Part shown: in pieces, positions 12,800 through 25,266 of the stretch
Position numbering within the stretch: position 1 is the first letter of the stretch
Layout of the letters: every line of letters starts with the position of its first letter
Assembly: GCA_013239625.1 (NCBI GenBank)
Contig: MU054323.1
Coordinates: 6,809,220-6,873,219 of the forward strand
Length of the DNA: 64,000 nucleotides
Direction of reading: 5' to 3'
Source: Lama guanicoe
Taxonomy: Eukaryota
Translations under genes and position numbers: made by a program
Notes under the pieces: generated by a model
What the model saw: only the letters and a program-made list of their open reading frames with translations
What the model was told of the DNA's origin: nothing
Databases searched by the model: none

Positions 12800-14250
12800 A
12801 GATACATAAACAGTTCTGTTAAGTTTTGATAAATATTGTACTATATGAATATGCCACATTTGAAAAATCTATTTTCCTCAGATAGACATTTCCTATGGAT
12901 AAACAACCTTTTTGTTACAAATTTTCACTCTTACAGCCAGCTCTTCTGAAGGGAACACCTCATACACACCTCATATTTTATATACATGAGAGTTTATTTA
13001 GGATCTGTGCAGATTTTTATGTTAACTGGGTAATTACCACATTGTTCTTCAAATAATAAGCATTGGGAGTTCCTTTTTACTCATGTTTTAACCCACACTA
13101 TTTTCTCCTCACTTTAATTTTTTGCCAGTCTGATGGGTGTGGGGTTATAATTTTAAGTACATTTCCCTGATAACTAGATAAGTTGATCATGATTTTTGTT
13201 TTCATTGTTTTATTCGTTTTCTTCTTCTGTGAATTTCCTGGTTGTGTCTTTGGCCATATTTCTGCTGGATAGTTTGTGCTTTCGCTTTTTATTTGTAAGA
13301 GTTATGTTTAATTTTCTAGCTAAATTTCTACTCTTTTTTTGCTTATATTTGATGCAAATATCTTCTCCCAGTCTGTTTATTTCTATTTACGATGTCTGTT
13401 GAGATACCTTAGAACCTAGGGTTTTTAAAGGGTCTTGTTTAAGAATTGTTTTCCTCTATCTCAAGGCCTCAAATATATTTCTGTGTATTTTCTTCTAATA
13501 TACTTTAAGAGTTTTAACTAATCGGAGATTTATTTGTCTGTATGGTATAATGTAGGCGCCTAATTTTTTTCCCTATATAGAATGTTGGTGATTATAACCA
13601 TATCCTTTCCTTTGCTTTTGTGCTGTTACCTTTATCAGAAACCTAGTTCCTGCATAGATAGGCAACTGATTTTGAACTTTCACTTGACAATCACCTTTAT
13701 ATCTGATGGGGCAAGTCACTCTTCCTTGTTATTTTTCAAAATTGTTTTCCCTGTTCTTGGCCCTTTACTCTTCCATTCAGATTTTAGAATCAGTCTTTTA
13801 AGTTTCCCCTGAAAAAATTCCTGCTGGGATTTGGATTAGAATTCCATTACTTTTATGAATTAAGTTGGGGAGAATTGACATTTTCATTTCCTAAGTTCTA
13901 GAGTGCTCTTATTTATGAATATAAAGGCTTTTCACTTATTCAAGTCTTCATTGCTCTTCAATAATAGTTTATAATTTTCCCCTTTGAATGTCTAGCCTAT
14001 CTTTAATCAAATATATTCCAGGGTACCATACAATTTTTATTGCTTTTAGAAGTATCATTTTGCCTATTGCATTTCTAACTGGCAGTTATTTAGTGTTTAG
14101 GAATGCTAATGATTTAGGGGTGTTGATCTCATATCCATCCATTGTTCTGAACTTTCTTATTTATTTTAATAGTTTATGTGTAGATCTTGTCTTTTTTGTG
14201 TGTATACATAATCATATTACAAATATCAAAAATTTCATTTATTTTCCTCT
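12800..14250 (-). mobile_element. Old L1M fragment, antisense
   Basis: T-rich; ttttgccagtctgatgggtgtg, gttcttggccctttactcttccattcagattttagaatcag, ttggggagaattgacattt. Confidence 0.75.
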
Positions 14251-14899
14251 TCGATGTCTTAAAGATAATTATCTTTGCACATTTGCTTTAAAAATATTTG
14301 AAAACATTCTCTCCTTCAGGTTTAAAAGTATGGGCTTTGGTTTTAATTAAGTGATATTTTTGATATGGTTAACTAAAAATTTTTGACTTTGAAATTGAGT
14401 CTGTACATGAGTACCACCTTGTAATACTTCTTTTGGTTTTGCTCTTATAATGCTATCTTGCCAAGCAGATTGTGAACTCATTAATCATAAAGAGCATATG
14501 TGAGTTCTCAGGATATTGCCAGCCCTGTGTATAAGAGCTCTAGATAGGAGAGTTTCTCAGTAATTTTTTGGTGGGGTGAAATGTCTTGAATTTCCTTCCT
14601 GTTACGTCTTCTCCATTTCTTAACTCTTCTAGGAGAATGAGGATTAAAATGCCAGTTTTTAAATGGTAAATAGCTGTGCCTTGTGCTTAACATTTCCAGT
14701 TCAGCTCAACAAGTGCTTTATTAAATGCCTACTATTCAACCAACACCACGTGCACGATGTTATAAGGATATATGTGAAGTGTGAAACATGCTTTCTGTCT
14801 TCAAGAAGCTTACAAATCTGGTCATGACACTCATTCTCTTTCTTATTCTGGGCTCTCCCTTGCCCTGAAAATAAAGAATCATGAAGTGATGATAATAGA

Positions 14900-15110
14900 T
14901 AACATTTATTGAACTAATAGTATATGACAGGAACTGTGCCAAGCATTTTATAGGTTATTATCTTGTTTAATCCTCACAAAACCCTATAAGGTAATTGTCA
15001 TTATCCCTGTTTTACAGATAAAGAAATGGAAGCTTAGAGAAGTTAAATTGCTGTTAAGTAACTTTTCCAGGGTTGCTTAGCTAGTAAGTGACAGGGGAAG
15101 TTTGAACTTG
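14900..15110 (-). mobile_element. MIR SINE, antisense
   Basis: tttaatcctcacaaaaccctataagg...attatccctgttttacagataaagaaatggaagcttagagaagttaa. Confidence 0.82.
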
Positions 15111-17483
15111 TGTTTTTAAGCAATCTGTCATGTTCTTTATTACAGTATATGCAAGAGCCCTTGTGATCTGGCTCAGACCTCATCTCTTGCCCTTTCGTTT
15201 CTAATCATCTGTGGTTCAGCCATACTGAGCTATTTATTGGTTCTTTAACTTGACATTTTCACTCTCACTTTTACATTTGAAGAAGGTGTTTTTATATTTT
15301 AGGATACCAGTCTCTCCCCACCACTAGGTTTAGACATCTCATTTCTCTAGGTGCCATCTCTGTGTGCTTCTATAGTACTATTATAATCTTGTCACATAGT
15401 TTTATGATGGTTCCTTTTCTTTGTTCTCCCACTTTGCTCTTGGGGCTATGACTAATTTACTCCTGGATGCCCAGGACGCAGTACATAATTATCTGGCACA
15501 TAATAAAAGTATAGGAGCATTTGGTGGAAACATAGTAAGGTGAAGAAAAAAGATACATGAGAAGTTAAGTCTTATTAGCATTAAGTAACATATATGTAAT
15601 GTAAATACAAATAAAGTGGGTAAGTGAGAAGAGAAGTGTAGATGGCCAAAGTAATGAGGCCTTCTTTTCCATTAAGGTAGAATTTGTTTTATCATCCCCA
15701 TCTTTCCTTCAGTTTTGACCTTATTTGAATAAATCTGCTCTCATTTTCTACTTTTGCTTGCTAGTTTCTTCACTTCATGGTGATTTTCCTGGTCTCATTC
15801 TTAGGGCATTTTATAGACACCTCTCACCATTTCATTACTTTCAGCTTCTTGCTTCCTTTGTCACCTCTCTGTCTGATCCTGCCCAATTCTATTACTCTTA
15901 GTTTTCTTTTACTCTACAGTGGTTTCAAGCACTTTGGTTTTACATAAAAGTTAATGTCAAAAACAGATTTGGGAGTCCCAGCAAGTGAATCCAATTTACT
16001 CATGTTGGAATTCAGACCCATAAATTTCAACAAATCATACTTCAGACTGAATCTACTTAATAAGTCAATAATAATCAGTTTCTCTAAGGTAAAATCAGAT
16101 GTCCTCCAAAATATTGTCAGGTTACAGAACTGGAGTTCTCTAAAACCTTGTATATATCTTTTTTAAAAAAAAGTATGTTACTCATTTTCTTCTTACTTCA
16201 TTTTCAGTGCCTTGGTGTGAAATTTGTCAAAATATCTCACTACAATAGAACTTGCTGTGAACATTATAAGATAAAGTTTTACTAAGCAAAATGGGATTAA
16301 TTTCTCAGTAATGAAATAATTAAAAGTTAAAGACAGAACTGTGATTCTTACGGTTTTAAAATTTGGTTTTGTTTTGGGATGTGTACCATTTTGTAGTATT
16401 TTGTTTCATGTCGGTAAGTACATTCGATTAGTTGACTTGGCTCTTTTCAACTTACTGCGTCTTTATGTAAATACTTTCACTTTTGTAGTTTTTTTTATTG
16501 TGAAAAGTAAATGGTATTTTAATTGTTGCTAATTAAGAACTTTTTAGCAACTGATCTTTCCCTCTTTTCGCTTCTCTTTTTCTACCATTTTTATATGCAG
16601 TCAAGTAATTTTGATTGTTTCTTGTAAAACAAAGAGCTACTTGTGACCAGTCTTTCTTATTATGTTGATAATAGAAAGATTTATTTAAAGTAGTACTTTA
16701 CTGTCTGTATGTGTTACATAAACACGGTGCCTGATGACTTGGTTAAATAAACAAGGGGTAAAGACTAGAAAACAAAAATGAACAATATTCATCTGATATG
16801 TTTGAATCAATGTAAAGTGCTAGCTGTTTGCACTGTTATCCTTTGTTATCATTATTTTGCTTTAAGGTAAATTGAGTTTGATTTTATTTATTACATTAAT
16901 GAGAGCTTATACATAGTTTTTTTTTCTAATTTTTTTAGAACAAAATTGTATACAACAGACGTTTTTCTCTGTACCTTTGTCTCTAATTATTGATATACTG
17001 TTCTTTTTATTTTACGTTTTGGATGGATGCTTTTTTCTTTTTGATGAGGACTAACTATCTGATCATTATAAGAATCAAGACTTTGTCAGATTTCTCATAA
17101 TTTATTTGAACTCTAGTATAGTCTGCCCTGCTTAATTTACAACAAAGTTATTTGAAAATTCAGATTTTCTATTATAAAAAGTTATTGTTTAGAATGGATA
17201 ATAATTTCAAATTCCACTAGTATGTGTACTGTATGCTTCTTTTTAATATCTAGTATTCATTGATTATTTGAAATATTCAATGTATATATATCATTGAGGA
17301 AATACATCTATGATAGAAGTTATTTGTATGTATTTTAGATATTTATTTATATTGTTTTCTGAATCTAGTTTTATAGTCTGGATAAAAATACGAGTCTATA
17401 AGTGTATAAATATTAAATACTTGAACAGAAAAGAAAATAAGATGGTAGAAATGTACAGTAACTGGATTTTCTTTGTGTAACAG

Positions 17484-17650
17484 CACTGAAAAGAGGCGCA
17501 GGGAGCAAGAAAACAAATATTTAGAAGAGCTAGCTGAGTTATTGTCTGCCAACATTAGTGACATTGACAGCTTGAGTGTAAAGCCAGACAAATGCAAGAT
17601 ACTGAAGAAGACAGTCGATCAAATACAGCTAATGAAGAGAATGGAACAAG
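17484..17650 (+). CDS. NCOA1: NCOA1 coding exon 2, bHLH domain ([20 protein letters not shown]...MKRMEQ)
   Basis: Within ORF 17473..17748; taacag|cact, AAG|gtaaaa. Confidence 0.98.
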
Positions 17651-18329
17651 GTAAAACAAACAAACGAAAATCTTTGGCTTTGTGTTTTGTTTTTAAGACA
17701 TTTACAATATGTGATTTTATTGTTAAGAAATTGCATTCAACTTTGTAATTTTATTAAAGAAACATTTTTGTTTAGATGCTGTTTATTTTAGAACGTGAAT
17801 CTGAGACCCTTCTTTTATAGCAAAGTGACTTACTAAGTTATCTTGAAAACTGGTTGCCTTGAAAGATTATGAGACCCAGTATCATAAGGGATGGAGTCAG
17901 GACATTCAGGTTGTGGTATCAGACCTGAGGCCCTGGCATAGAGTTGGAAGACAGTAACTTAGAAGTAGGAAAATCCCTCCATCTGAATAACAAGCTTGTC
18001 TCTGCCTGGGCTCTGGGTGGAGGAAACAGTCTTCTCTGAGGAAACCCTGAATTACTTTTACTTTTACTGGTGTTTTAGGTTTTCAGAGACGAGAGCCAGC
18101 AAGAGGCTGGATGGCCGCTGCTCAGTCTGGTAACCCTGGCAGCCTGGCTAACGCTCCCTCAGCTGAGGATGGGAGGATTCCTCTGGGGAAATGAAGCAGT
18201 CCAAAGGGAAAGACACATAGACACTGACAGTTTGGATTGATCCCCAGATGAAAAAATCAGCTCTTTGCCTTGGCCCCACTCTTCACACAGCTGCCAGCCA
18301 GGATTTTAATACCTCACTTTTTAATATGA

Positions 18330-19990
18330 TTAAAAATCCAGATATTTGAGGAAAGTCTGTATTGTAAAAGAGAACATATCAGGCAAACGAACAGAAAAAA
18401 GAGAACTCAGAGGAAGAAGAAGAAAATGTAAAACCATCAAACAGCCCCTCAGAGACAAAAGGGAGGATATTTCATCTGTGAAACAGGAATAAGATGCTAT
18501 AAAATGAAACATTTAAAATAATAAATAACTTTTGGAACTTAAAATCAGGATAGCTGAAGAAAAACTTTACCTCATTACCATGTTTTTTACTCTTTGCCTG
18601 CTCCTACCCTCTGCCCCAACCACACCAGGCACTCTCTGCCTCAGGTATTTGCACTGCCTGTTCCCTCTGTCTAGAGTGCTTGTCCCTGGCTATACACAAG
18701 GTTCACTCCCTCATCCCTTTTATGTCTTTGTTCAAATATTTCTTCTCATTGAACTTGTCCATCAGTAACCTAATAAACATACACACCCCTACCTCTCTAC
18801 ATCTTCTTTGATTTATTTTTCCCATGGTATTTTTTACATCTAACATATTACACATTTTATTTATGTATTGTCTGCCTACACTCACTAGAGCTTCATGAGA
18901 GTGTGGATTTTTGTTTGTTCACCATTGTATCCTCAATACCTAAAGCAGTTCCCGGCTACATAGTAGACTTTCAGTGAATATTTGTTGAATAAAAGAATAA
19001 AGTATTGAAAGATAATTTGAAGAAATTCCTTAGAAAATAAAATAGAAAAACAAGCAGTGGAAAACAAGAGAAAGATAAAGAATGTATAGGATTAGTTCAG
19101 GAGATAAATTAGTTCCAGAAAAAGAGAATAGACCAAATAGAAGGGAAGAAATTGTAAGAACTAATACAGAAAAGCAAAAACAAAAACAATTCACAGAATT
19201 AGAGAGAGATGGGTTTCCAGATTGAAAGAAAGCACACATGTAATGCCCAGCACAGTGGGGGTAAAAAAAACGCACACCAGTGCACAATGTCCCGAAACCA
19301 GAGAGAAAAAACAAGAGAGAAGAAAAAACAGACACATACTAGATTACTTTCAGAAGGGTCCAGATTTCTGAATAACTAACCACTGAAAATGAGAATTCTG
19401 GACCTAGGGTCCTGTGTCCATCCAAATGAAATATGAGCTCAAAATAAAGGCATTTTCAGACCTTAAAAGACTCAAAAATGTTACCTCCTATGTACTTTTT
19501 TCAGAAATACCTATCAAGACCAAGATAATAAACCAAGAAAGAAAGGCATAGATCTTAACCCAGGGAAAGTGTAGAATCTTAACAAAAGAAAGGTAGAGGA
19601 GACCCAGGATTACAATTGAGCAGCAGACTAAAAAAGTGGCCAGTTCTAATTGGAGAAGGTGGATAGAGACTCTAGGAGGAGTATTTTTGTGGGGAAAAAA
19701 TGGAACATATAAAGTATCTGATAACAGACCACATTGAGAGGAATTTCTCAGCCCTGGAGGAGAGTTTAGAGATGAGTCAAACTTTACAAAAAAACTGAAA
19801 CACAAAATATGAGAATTATAAACTATAGCACACACCTTGACTCATTTGTGAACTATTATTTCTGTAGCCATAGTAACATAGATATTAAATACTGACTGCT
19901 CTAAAAATTATTGTAAGTATACTTGGAAGAGGGGAAATGTGTGTCTAGATGGTTGATGTAAGTAAATTAAATCCTTTCCTTTCATGATAG
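18330..19990 (+). mobile_element. HAL1/L1M5-like ancient LINE remnant interrupted by an L2 fragment (about 18575-19000)
   Basis: A-rich ORF1-like decay similar to 51780-52600; the nested L2 ends cccggctacatagtagactttcagtgaatatttgttgaataaa. Confidence 0.55.
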
Positions 19991-20380
19991 CATGTTAATA
20001 GAGTTTGTTTAACATGGACACAATCAGAATATAGCACATAAGCATGTTATTGAGAAATGTGGAATGTATTAGAATACAGGCAAGGCTAACTGTAGCAAGG
20101 GAGCCAAAGTTCAGTGGCTTTAACAAGATAGTCTAGGTATGTGTCAGAGGTTCAGTTTCCTTCCAACTCTTTTACTATACGTTCCTAGGATATTACCATT
20201 ATCCATGTGGTCATACATGGCTCACCTGTCCACATCCCAGCTGACGAGGAGAAAGAAGAAAACAGGAAGGCATGCTTCTTTCCCTTTAAGAAAAAGACTC
20301 AGAAATCTCATGTCACTTCTGTTCAACTTCTCTTAGGCCAGTGATATGGCCACTCCTGCCTTAGGTTTTGCCTAAATTTT

Positions 20381-20512
20381 ATATATGTATGTATGTATAT
20401 ATATAGAGAGAGAGGGAAAGAGAGAGAGAGTCAGTTTACAATGCTGTGTCAATTTCTGGTGTACAGCATAATGCATTAGTCATACATGAACACGCATATA
20501 TTTGTTTTCATA
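20381..20512 (-). mobile_element. Short L1 3' end, antisense, next to a (TA)/(TATG)/(GA) microsatellite at the tail position
   Basis: agtcagtttacaatgctgtgtcaatttctggtgtacagcataatg resembles the artiodactyl L1 3' terminus. Confidence 0.7.
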
Positions 20513-20659
20513 TTTTGTGTAAAATTTTAAGTGTTTTGCTTTTCATGCATAATTACTTAATGCACTTGGACTTGATGGTATGTCTTTTTGGAACTATTTT
20601 AAAAACCTGTCTTCTTGTTACAAATGATGAAATGATGAAGGGAGTATGTCTTAGAACTA

Positions 20660-21445
20660 AAAGAGAAACTCCTGTATCATAATAATAAAGAAAAAAAAAC
20701 CCAATTTTTTAAAATGGGCAAAGGCTCTGGATAGACATTTCTATAAAGAAGATGTGCAGATGACTAATAAGCAAATGAAAAACATGCATAATTTGATTCA
20801 CAATATTAGCCATGAGAGAAATACAAATTAAAAACCACAATGAGAGACCACTTTGGAAACCAGTCAATAGTTTCTCAAAATGTTAAACATAGCGTTACCA
20901 TTTGGCCCAGCAAGTCCACCTAAAGGTCCACTTACCTAAGAGAAATGAAAACATGTCCACACAAAAACTTGTACACAAGTGTACATAACAGCATTATTCA
21001 TAAATAGTCAAAAAGTGGAAACAACCCATACACCTATCTACTGATCAATGAGTAAATAAAATGACGTACACCTGTACAGTGGCATATTATTTTGCAATAA
21101 AAGGAAGTGAAGTACTGACAAATGCTTTACCATAGATGAATCTGGAACACATTATGCTAGCAAAAGGTGCCAGTCACAAAGGACTACATATTATATGATT
21201 CCATTTATATAAAATGTCTAGAATAGGCAAATCTGTAGAGATGGAAAGTAGGTTGATGGCTGCCTTGGGTTTGGGGAAATGAGGAGTGACTGCTAAAGGT
21301 TATGGGGTTTCTTCTTGGGGTGATAAAAATATTCTAAAATTTATTGTGATGGTGGTTGTATGACTAAAAAACATTGAATTGTAGGCTTTAAATGCATGAA
21401 CAGTATTCTATGTGAATTGTAGTTCAGTAAAGCTTGTATTAAAAA
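20660..21445 (+). mobile_element. L1MB-like 3' end
   Basis: ccacacaaaaacttgtacacaagtg...tatggggtttcttcttggggtgataaaaatattctaaaatt...cagtaaagc. Confidence 0.88.
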
Positions 21446-22180
21446 TACTATATGAGATAACATTTAACACCCATTAGGTTTGTAAAAAATTTAAAACTCT
21501 GATGATATCAAGTGTCACTGAGGATACAGAAAAACAAAAACTCTTGTATGTTACTGGTGGTACAACCTCTTTAGAGAGCAATTTGTCAATCTTAGTAATG
21601 TCAAGAATACACAAACCCTATGATCCAGCAATTTCACTTCTAGTATTTCCCCTAAAGAAACTGTCACAAATGTGCAAAAGAGGAAATACTGAAAATAGTT
21701 TATTACAGCACTGTATGTAGTAGTCAAAAGGTCTACCAGTAGGAGACTAGGAAATCAGCTGTGAGTTACTCATATGATACTGTACAGTGGTTCAAATGAG
21801 TGAAGCAAATATTATATGTTATCAGAGTAGCTAAATTTCAAACATAACATTGAGTGGGAAAAAAAGTATGTTGAAAAAATCTCTGTATTTTTATGTAAAC
21901 TTTAAAACATAAAATAATAATATATACATAAAATCATACATATGTAGTTGAAGTATAAAAACATGCTTAGTGATGATTATGTTGACCTCAGAATGCTGGT
22001 TACTTCTGAAAACGGACAAGGAGGGATGGGGGCAGAGCTGTAGCTCTATTTGCAGCATTTTATTTATTTAAAAAGGAAGGACCTGAAGCAAATATTGTTA
22101 ACATCTGTGAGGAAAAAATGGTGACTATGTGTATGTGACGTCACTTTCAGTGTTTTTAGAATATTTGAAATATTTCATAT
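21446..22180 (+). mobile_element. L1ME-like 3' fragment
   Basis: ggtacaacctctttagagagcaatttg...ccctatgatccagcaatttcacttctag. Confidence 0.7.
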
Positions 22181-22809
22181 TTTAGAGTAAAAAATGAATC
22201 TCTATATTCAGTAATACCATGTTTGGTTTTTGGTGAACTAAGTAGTGTGACAGATTAGAAACTTATATAACTATGATGCTGCTTTAAGATGATGGATGAT
22301 TCCAAATCATTTAGCAGTTGCAGTTTTATCAGTCAGATCATCATGACATTAATGTGAAAGCTTAGCTAGTTCATGCAGGCTCACAGAATCGTATCTTCAC
22401 ACTCTCTTCAATAGCAATTGATTAAATCAGAAAAGGAGAAAGAAAAATGGAGGAAATAATTATTCTTTTACATTTCATCCATTTCTTTAAAACTTTTGGT
22501 GTGGACTTTTGAAAAAGGCTAGGTATTTATACCACTTTTTTCCTTTCGCTGCAACACAGGACTTAGTGGTCAGAATTCAAATTCTCCTGCTGCCACTTAT
22601 TATATTATTTGGGACAAATTACTTAACCTTTGTGAGCTTCAATTTTATCACCCATAAAATGAATATAATTAAGATTAAATGTGAAAGTGCCTAGATACTG
22701 AATAACTGTTATTTGAATCTGAAATTAGGTGAATCTGTGTCTTCATAAACTTGCCATTATGGAAATGAGCTCTTTTTGGATGTGTGACTTTTTGTTTCTT
22801 TGTTAACAG

Positions 22810-22907
22810 AGAAGTCAACAACTGATGATGAAGTACAGAAATCAGACATCTCGTCAAGTAGTCAAGGAGTGATAGAAAAGGAATCCTTGGGACCTCTTCT
22901 TTTAGAG
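22810..22907 (+). CDS. NCOA1: NCOA1 coding exon 3 ([32 protein letters not shown])
   Basis: ttaacag|agaag, GAG|gtaact; phase matches neighbouring exons. Confidence 0.97.
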
Positions 22908-25082
22908 GTAACTGTTCTCATCAAATCTGTGTTCTAGCCCAGTTAGGTTTTTTTTTTTTTAAATCTTTTTTACATCCAATTAGTAAATTATAAAACAAGT
23001 AAACTTTTAAAGAACTTTTAATAATTATTTTATTTTTGAAACTGCTTTGACAGTTGTTTCTATTTCAAATGTGAATAACAAACATGAGAAGTTTTCATCA
23101 AGGTGTTCTAATGGTCAGATGGAAAACTAGCCTAGTGTCTGGCTTTGCTATGTATTGCTGGGGTAGTAGGACCAGTTAGAAAAATAAAACTTAGAATTAC
23201 TTAGCTAGCTAGTGCTATTTTCTCCTGTAGAATTTCATTTTTGAGTAAGGGCCACCTCATTTTATTGCAGTAGATGTTTTCCTGAAAAGTTTTCTGACTA
23301 AAAATTTTAGATTGTTTATGTAGACATTGTAAAAGGACTTGCTACTTTAATGACTTTCTGTCAAACTTTTAAAGCGAAGAACCTTTAATCTTGAATTACT
23401 TTGTAACTGCTGTGTAACTTTCACACTGTTGTTTCCTATCTAATCTTCACTTCCTCTCTTCTCAACGCAGATGTTTTGTTTCCAAGCAGGCTTGTCACCT
23501 TAAGTGCTCCCTTCTCATACATGAATGTTTAAAAACACTTACCTGCGTGTGTGTACATAACTCATTCCCCACAAATTAGGCTTTTCTATCTCTAGGGCTA
23601 ATTTTAGTTTCTATATATCATATTTATTATATATATATGTGCTTAAATATAAATATATTTGTATGTAAATATATGTCTGTATATATATAAATTCTCTTTT
23701 CCTTGTCCTACTTCAAGGCCCTCCTTTCTGGTGAAGTCTTCCTGACAACTCAAACATGTATAGGTCTCTTGATTTTCTAATCCTTTTATACATTTTTTAC
23801 TATTAGCCTAACTACTCCTCTGTTTTTATGTTAACTATAATTCTGTCTACCAACACCACTAGTATGAGAACAGTCTCAAAATTCAATTCTTGGTATTTTA
23901 GCCCAAGTAATATCATTTGCTTCATCTTTTATCTCTTTACAGATGACACCCGAATGTGTACTTCTTGCTTTAACCTCTTCCCATACTCTATGCCTGTACT
24001 TTTAACAGGCTGCTAAATATTTTTGACTCTCTTATTAGCAATTTACCCCTCAAAATGTAAATTCTTTATTTTCCCTTCATGTTATACAAGCACTTCATTA
24101 CTTTAGACTATTGGTTTTAATGATTTTTATTAGGGGAATGAGCATGTATTTTATAGAGTTGTAAAATATAAAAAACATTGGCCATCGAAACTGGATAGAA
24201 ACTACTCTCTAAGTGAGTGTATACACATATACCTGGGAGAGGGGGAAGCTACCTCATGTGATGGACTCTGAATTTTTTATTCTTTTCACAACCCATTAAT
24301 TTGATTGCATGATATTTGACTGCCTTTTGGAAATAGTGTTATAATAAATACAGTAAAAATGTTAATGGTAGAATTTATGTGGTGGATATGCAGATGCTCA
24401 CTACAGAATTATTTCAACTTTGCTATATTTTGAATTTTTAAAAATATAAGCCATTAAAGGAAACTAAAGAAAGAAGAGTACTTTAGGCTCGTTTCCCACC
24501 ACCCCATCTCTTCCCAGCCTTGGCACCTGTCACCACCTCACTACTTGGTTACGCTTGGGCCCTTCCTGCAGACTTGATCCATCCTAGCACTTAGTACCTG
24601 TCTCCTTTACTCTACAGGGTGCTAGTGGACTAGTCTCTTCATGTCTTCTAGGTTTTCTGTGGGGAGTCCATCTACCTTCTTGGTGCACCTAACTTTAAAA
24701 CTGGCCTAAGAACTTTATATCTCCTTTCAATTCATTAAATATTTATTAAATGTATTTTCTGCATATAATGCCATTTGAATTACTGAAGATGTTTAAGGTA
24801 TAGAGGTTCTTGAGATTTTTGGAGTTCTTGTAGAGAAATGTTAATTATTTAAATCCTAGCTTTACCACATGTTCTTCAGAAACCGCAGAGATCGATAAGG
24901 AGAGAAATGGATTATCCACAAACTGAAAACACCAAACTGGAGCCGGAGAATACTTCTAAACCCTAACCCTGCCTCGTTCCCTTAAACTTTATGAAATCTA
25001 ATCCAGGGCAGCTAAGAGAAGAAGTGGTAGGAAAGCCACCACGAGATTGCCCATTGAATCATGTCCAGGCTTCAGTCCAGAG

Positions 25083-25266
25083 CTGCACTGTTCAGTAAGA
25101 TAGTCACACATGGCTGTTCAAAGTTAAATACAATTAAAAATTCAATGCTTCAGTCTCACCAGCCACATTTAAAGTACTCAGTACCCAGATGTGGCTAATA
25201 GCTACTGTATTGGACAACACAAATGGAGAACATTTCCATCACTGCAGAAAGTTCTGTTTGACATCA
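25083..25266 (+). mobile_element. MER3 (hAT-Charlie) with 8-bp TSD
   Basis: agccacatttaaagtactcagtacccagatgtggcta...gaacatttccatcactgcagaaagttct; TSD gtccagag (25075-25082) / gtctagag (25267-25274). Confidence 0.85.

Noticed and set aside
24957..24970. Telomere-like taaaccctaaccct
   Set aside because: Only about two units, consistent with chance
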